Below, in pieces: positions 59,101 through 64,000 of a DNA stretch of 64,000 bases. The notes under the pieces are model-generated. The model made no database searches. It saw only the letters and a program-made list of their open reading frames with translations, and had not been told where the DNA came from. The position numbers and the translations under genes are program-made. The stretch's first letter is position 1. Each line of letters starts with the position of its first letter. Source of the stretch: Macrostomum lignano (taxonomy: Eukaryota). The DNA lies in contig NIVC01000334.1 of assembly GCA_002269645.1 (NCBI GenBank), positions 62,001 through 126,000 on the forward strand, in the 5' to 3' direction.

Positions 59101-60969
59101 CTCGACAGTCAGCTCAATCAGATAGGAGTCAACAGCACTCCACAATTTTTTAAGCTGACCAGTGGTCCAGTCCTGGTCGCGACCTTGAATGATCACTCCC
59201 GGGATTTTGGCCTTGGCCTTAGCTCCCGAAGGAACCTCCTTGTTGGCAGTGGCCATTTGTTGCGCCGTGGTTTCGGCCTCAGCAGCCGCAGCAGCATCTC
59301 CAGGGAGCACCGCCGCTGAACTACTGGGGCTTCCACCGGCCGGCCCGTCTGGTTGCCTTGGGACGCCAGTCGCTTCAGCATCCATGGTGGACGCCGCCGC
59401 TTTGGCCCCCGCAGCTCCCTTCTTGGCCTGCCTTTTGGCACGTTGCTTAGCGCGTTTGCGCTCAAGCCGAGCCCGCTGAGCTTCGTCGGATCTGCCAGAT
59501 TTGGCCGGTCCTTTGGGCTCAGAGCTCGCGGTTCCCTTAGATCCACCAGCAGATGGTCGGATCTGCCTGCAGAGCCAGCCGGTCCTTCCTTTGCCACAGA
59601 TGAATCAGTCGGTTGGGATCTGCCAGCAGGGCCGGCCGGTCCTTCGGACAGAGGTTGGGGTTTAGAAGGGTCCCTGTCCTTAGAAATAAGGTTTTTATGC
59701 ATAGTCGGCTCGAAGGCCATGATAAAGGTTGGTGGGCTACCCTCGAAGGGGCGCGGTACCCACCCGGCCGCTCCACCTGACCGGGCAGTAGGCCAAAAGA
59801 ACCCTCAAGGCTGGCCCAACACCAGGAGGGGACCGCTTGCGACCGGACTACTCCCCGGCCTTCCAGCCCATCGGCACGGTCGAACACCTTAGGCATTAGA
59901 GGGTACGTTGAGCAGTACCACGGCCTGCGGACTGGCAGCCAGACCCGCATACCCAAGTTTGGCAAAAGCCACTGGATGGGTCCCCAGCGCCGGAGCCCAG
60001 TCTGTCCAGCAGCCCTAGGGTCTGCCTTGAACACACGCGGGGACGAGTACCCTGGGTCGACTTGCGAGACAGCGTGGGGGGGGGTCTGCGGCTGCCAGAG
60101 GCAAATAGAGGGTGCAGACCTCCCACCAGCCTTGACCTGCTGAAAATAGGGGCAGGCGTGAAGCATCGCAGACCTTAGCCCAAAGGCCTGGTCTGTCTCA
60201 TACTTCACTGGCATGCTGAATACGCCTTCGCGCGCGCCCTATCCAACTCTCCCAAATTCCCTTTCCGATTCCCCATGCAACTCTCCCAAATTCCCTCCCC
60301 GATTCCCCATGCAACTCTCCCAAATTCCATTTTCGATTCCCTATCCTACGCTCCCGAATACCCTCCCCGATTCCCCATCCCTCCCGAATTCCCTCCCCAA
60401 TTTCCCAACTCTCCTAAATTCCCTCCACAATTTCCGAACTCTCCCAAATTCCCTCCCCAATTTCCCAACTCTCCCTAATTCCTACATCGATTCCCCGTGC
60501 AACTCTCCCAAATACCGTCTCGATTTCCCACCCAACTCTCACAAATTCCCTCCCCGATTCCCCATGGTACTCTCCCAAATTCTCTCCCCAACTTCCCCAA
60601 CTCTCCCTAACTCCCTTCTGAATTCCCCAACTCTTCCTAATTCCCTCACCGATTCCCTGAATCCCAAGGTATTTTAAGTCCTCAACAGTAACTCGGATGC
60701 GAATTGCAGAGGACGAACTAATCGAAGGCAGCTGCATCACCTGGTTTCACCTGGGCGGCATTCTGTCACTGGCCTACATCCTGTTGCTAATGCTGCTGCT
60801 GGTGATTCTGGAGACGGTCATCCAGCCAGAGACAGGCGACGAACGAGAGCGCAAGTTGGAAGCGGAAGTCGCCGAGGCCGAGGCCGAGGCGGAAGCGGCG
60901 GAAGCTGCGGAGGCTGCAGAAGCGGCATCGCAAGATGCGGCATCAACCACAGTGACTGAATTGAACTGA
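53118..60969 (+). CDS. Putative small single-pass membrane protein, 2 exons (53118-53178, 60689-60969), 113 aa, with a 7.5-kb intron
   Basis: Donor GAATGCG|GTAAGC (phase 1) joins acceptor ctcaacag|TA ACT CGG ATG in frame. Exon 2 has GC-rich host-like codons, a TM segment (GILSLAYILLLMLLLVIL) and a Glu/Ala-rich tail. No homolog recognised; exon 1 is less certain. Confidence 0.5.
53190..53310. repeat. 34-bp pyrimidine-rich minisatellite, left part of the LINE target array
   Basis: ccctccccgattccccgtgcaactctcccgaatt at 53220 and 53254. Confidence 0.9.
53405..58227 (-). pseudogene. LINE ORF2 (APE endonuclease, RT, RNase H, CCHC), with frameshifts and a solo-LTR insertion
   Basis: LQINLQHC, LIQEPW, GGDLNAHH..WGS, LDATL, SDH (APE); KSPGPD, FRPISL, QHAF, GGPQGGVL, GYADD (RT); CYTDGSK, VFQNEVLAI, HSDSQAAL, WVPGHVGIRGNELADALAK (RNase H); CSFC...ETAEHFVSIC. 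Frame breaks near 58050, 57860 and 55015. Confidence 0.92.
56574..57686. mobile_element. Solo LTR (1113 bp) inserted into the LINE endonuclease domain
   Basis: TG...CA termini; 4-bp TSD catt at 56570-56573 and 57687-57690. Removing it restores TPTFNN|GRWTEVLDATL. Contains an internal ~63-bp duplication, a TATA-like tatttata near 57130 and two TGACGTCA motifs. Confidence 0.85.
58275..59720 (-). pseudogene. LINE ORF1 (Loa-type), broken by a frameshift or stop
   Basis: Consecutive minus-strand ORF pieces 59720-59193, 59385-58960, 58932-58363 and 58505-58275. Basic N-terminus, IIQGRDQDWTTGQLKKLWSAV segment and LRLNPDL motif typical of this clade's ORF1. Confidence 0.7.
60240..60665. repeat. Pyrimidine-rich minisatellite, right part of the LINE target array
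   Basis: Same ccctccccgattccc/aactctcccaaatt units as 53190-53310. Confidence 0.9.
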
Positions 60970-61504
60970 CCTGACTAATTACTTTATTTCATAAAACTTT
61001 AAATTGCACGTTTACGCCAACTTTTAATTATAAATATCATAATTAATTGGTATCCCCACCCATATTTGATGTAAAAATGAAATATTGGCTGCACTTTTGA
61101 AATCGGATAATCGGATATAAGTTTCATGCGATTCGTACACCCATGAAGGCACAGAGAGAGTGCATTCCTGATGATTAGACACCGTGTGAGCGTGTGTATG
61201 AGTGCGTGCCTTCATTTAACTTTAACTTTAACCTTCATTTGACTTTTGAACTCCCGTCTCAAGTTCACCGCAGCGATTCCAGTCACGCCAACAAGGCCCG
61301 GGAATCTCCGCTGGACCAACAGCTGTCCTGTCCCCAGCTCTGCCCAGCTGGCCAAGCAAGGCACTCAAAAACTTCGCCGTGCTTTGCACCTTTGCTGTTT
61401 ATTGGACAAAGTGCGGAGCCAGTGAGCAAGCGAGGGACTTTATCTGCACTGAAGTTGCTTGTCGCATATCCTGTACTTTTGTGTTTAAGGCCTGCAAATG
61501 TAAT

Positions 61505-61890
61505 GACAGAATGGATTACTAATCTAGCCTGCATCAGTGATGAAGGAATAGAATGGATTGCTAATCTAGCCTACATCAATCGAGGATAAAATGGATTGCT
61601 AATCTAGCCTACATCAGTGAAGGAATAGAATGGATTGCTAATCTAGCCTACATCAGTGAAGGAATAGAATGGATTGCTAATCTAGCCTACATCAGTGATG
61701 AAGGAATAGAATGGATTGCTAATCTAGCCTGCATCGGAGATGAAGGAATGGAATGGATTGCTAATCTAGCCTAAATCAGAGATGAAGGAATAGAATGGAT
61801 TGCTAATCTAGCCTACATCAATGAAGGAATAGAATGGATTGCTAATCTAGCCTACATCAATGAAGGAATAGAATGGATTGCTAATCTAGC
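61505..61890. repeat. 39-42 bp minisatellite (gaatggattgctaatctagcctacatcagtgaaggaata)
   Basis: Direct reading; shares the gaatggattgcta core with 15860-16372. Confidence 0.92.
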
Positions 61891-62259
61891 AAACAGAATG
61901 CTGCACAAGAGTTTTATTCGCATGCAAAGAAATGAAAGCAATTTGGGCAGATATTGGTTGCTGTGTGGAGCATCAAGCTCTCTGCTCGGCGTGAATGCAG
62001 TAAATAACGAGCGTATCTGTTAGAAAAAAAGCGGAAACACGTGCATTTTTTAAATTAGAGTATTAACTTTGCACGCTAGATAGAGAACGAGCTTATAGTA
62101 AGGAGACTGCGATAAGAATTCTCTCTGGCTATTTTGACTGAACCAGCCGCCTCATCTCAGCCTTCCTCAGAGTGCATTCTTTGCAACAATTGGTTTGCTG
62201 TTGACGAAAAAACACACAGCTCTCCGTCGAGTAATTAATAGGTTTTAGAGAGGCTGGTG

Positions 62260-62260
<1 letters not shown>

Positions 62261-62327
<67 letters not shown>

Positions 62328-62333
62328 ATGTGT
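62261..62333. repeat. (GT)n microsatellite
   Basis: Direct reading. Confidence 0.95.
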
Positions 62334-62494
62334 GTCTCAATACCGAACTGAGAGGGGCGGTGCTGCACACGTGCAGGGAGGCCCAGAACCAGCAGTCTAG
62401 AGCGGAGTGCCAGTCTTTGATCCTGGGATTGGCAAACTTTTTTACCGCGTGCTCAAGGGCCAGATAAAGAATCCAGTTCAGGATTTCGGTTCAA

Positions 62495-62785
62495 ATAGGA
62501 GAAAGAAGGAGAGAGAATAGAGAAGAGAAAGGAGGGGATGAGAGATGGAATGACGATGAGAGAGAAGATACATGTAAGAAGAGAGGAGGGAAGAGAGAGG
62601 TCAGAGGATAGATATGAAGAGAGAAGAAAGGAGACAAGAGGGAGAGGAGAGAAGAGAGAGAAGAGGGAGGAGGGAGGAGAGAAGAGGGAGGAGGGAGGAG
62701 AGAAGAGGGAGGAGGGAGGAGAGATAGAGGAGAGGGGAGAAAGAAGGGGGAGAGAGAGAGAGAGAGGTAGAGAGAGAGAAGAGAG
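62495..62785. repeat. Purine-rich (AG/GAG) low-complexity tract
   Basis: Direct reading. Confidence 0.9.
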
Positions 62786-63945
<1,160 letters not shown>

Positions 63946-64000
63946 TGAAGCAACAACCTATCGCTTTTAAAGGGACTGTTCAGTTAAAAGCCTTGTTAAA

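Larger units (their letters stand above)
53311..60235 (-). mobile_element. Full-length Loa-clade (Lian/Baggins-like) non-LTR retrotransposon with RNase H, mildly decayed
   Basis: TSD gccctatccaac(t) at 53299-53310 and 60236-60247; (TAAG)n 3' tail; ORF1 then ORF2 with APE-RT-RNase H-CCHC order. Confidence 0.9.

Noticed and set aside
62340-62490. Minus-strand frame TEILNWILYLALEHAVKKFANPRIKDW... as a host exon; plus-strand ggcaaactttttt...aagggccagata as a hAT-MITE end
   Set aside because: No splice acceptor before the frame and no recognised homolog; no matching second terminus for the MITE reading.

Overview
Eukaryotic (metazoan) DNA, not prokaryotic. GC-rich spliced exons, minisatellite-filled introns and a very high repeat load suggest a free-living flatworm such as Macrostomum; this is inference from style only. 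Host genes: a minus-strand cluster of ITPA, SDR39U1, an MXRA7-like gene and the first coding exon of a bestrophin; an intronless divergent alpha-tubulin; a 5-exon NEK4 kinase; and a probable small single-TM gene. Mobile DNA: a putative 9.5 kb TIR element carrying a 238-bp satellite array, several MITE/TIR remnants, two tRNA-derived SINE-like pieces, a decayed BEL/Pao element, an intact BEL/Pao element with matching LTRs, a full-length Loa-clade LINE interrupted by a solo LTR, and a Penelope-like fragment with a minimal hammerhead ribozyme. Leading observations: (1) SDR39U1 has no genomic start codon but has a phase-0 acceptor that would accept the terminal AUG of a flatworm spliced leader, inside an operon-like cluster with an RFX X-box array upstream; (2) a Penelope-like GIY-YIG with an unusual C-terminal extension plus a hammerhead; (3) a satellite-carrying TIR element built from its own terminal motif. 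All alignments, splice calls and homology calls were made by eye, with no database searches.
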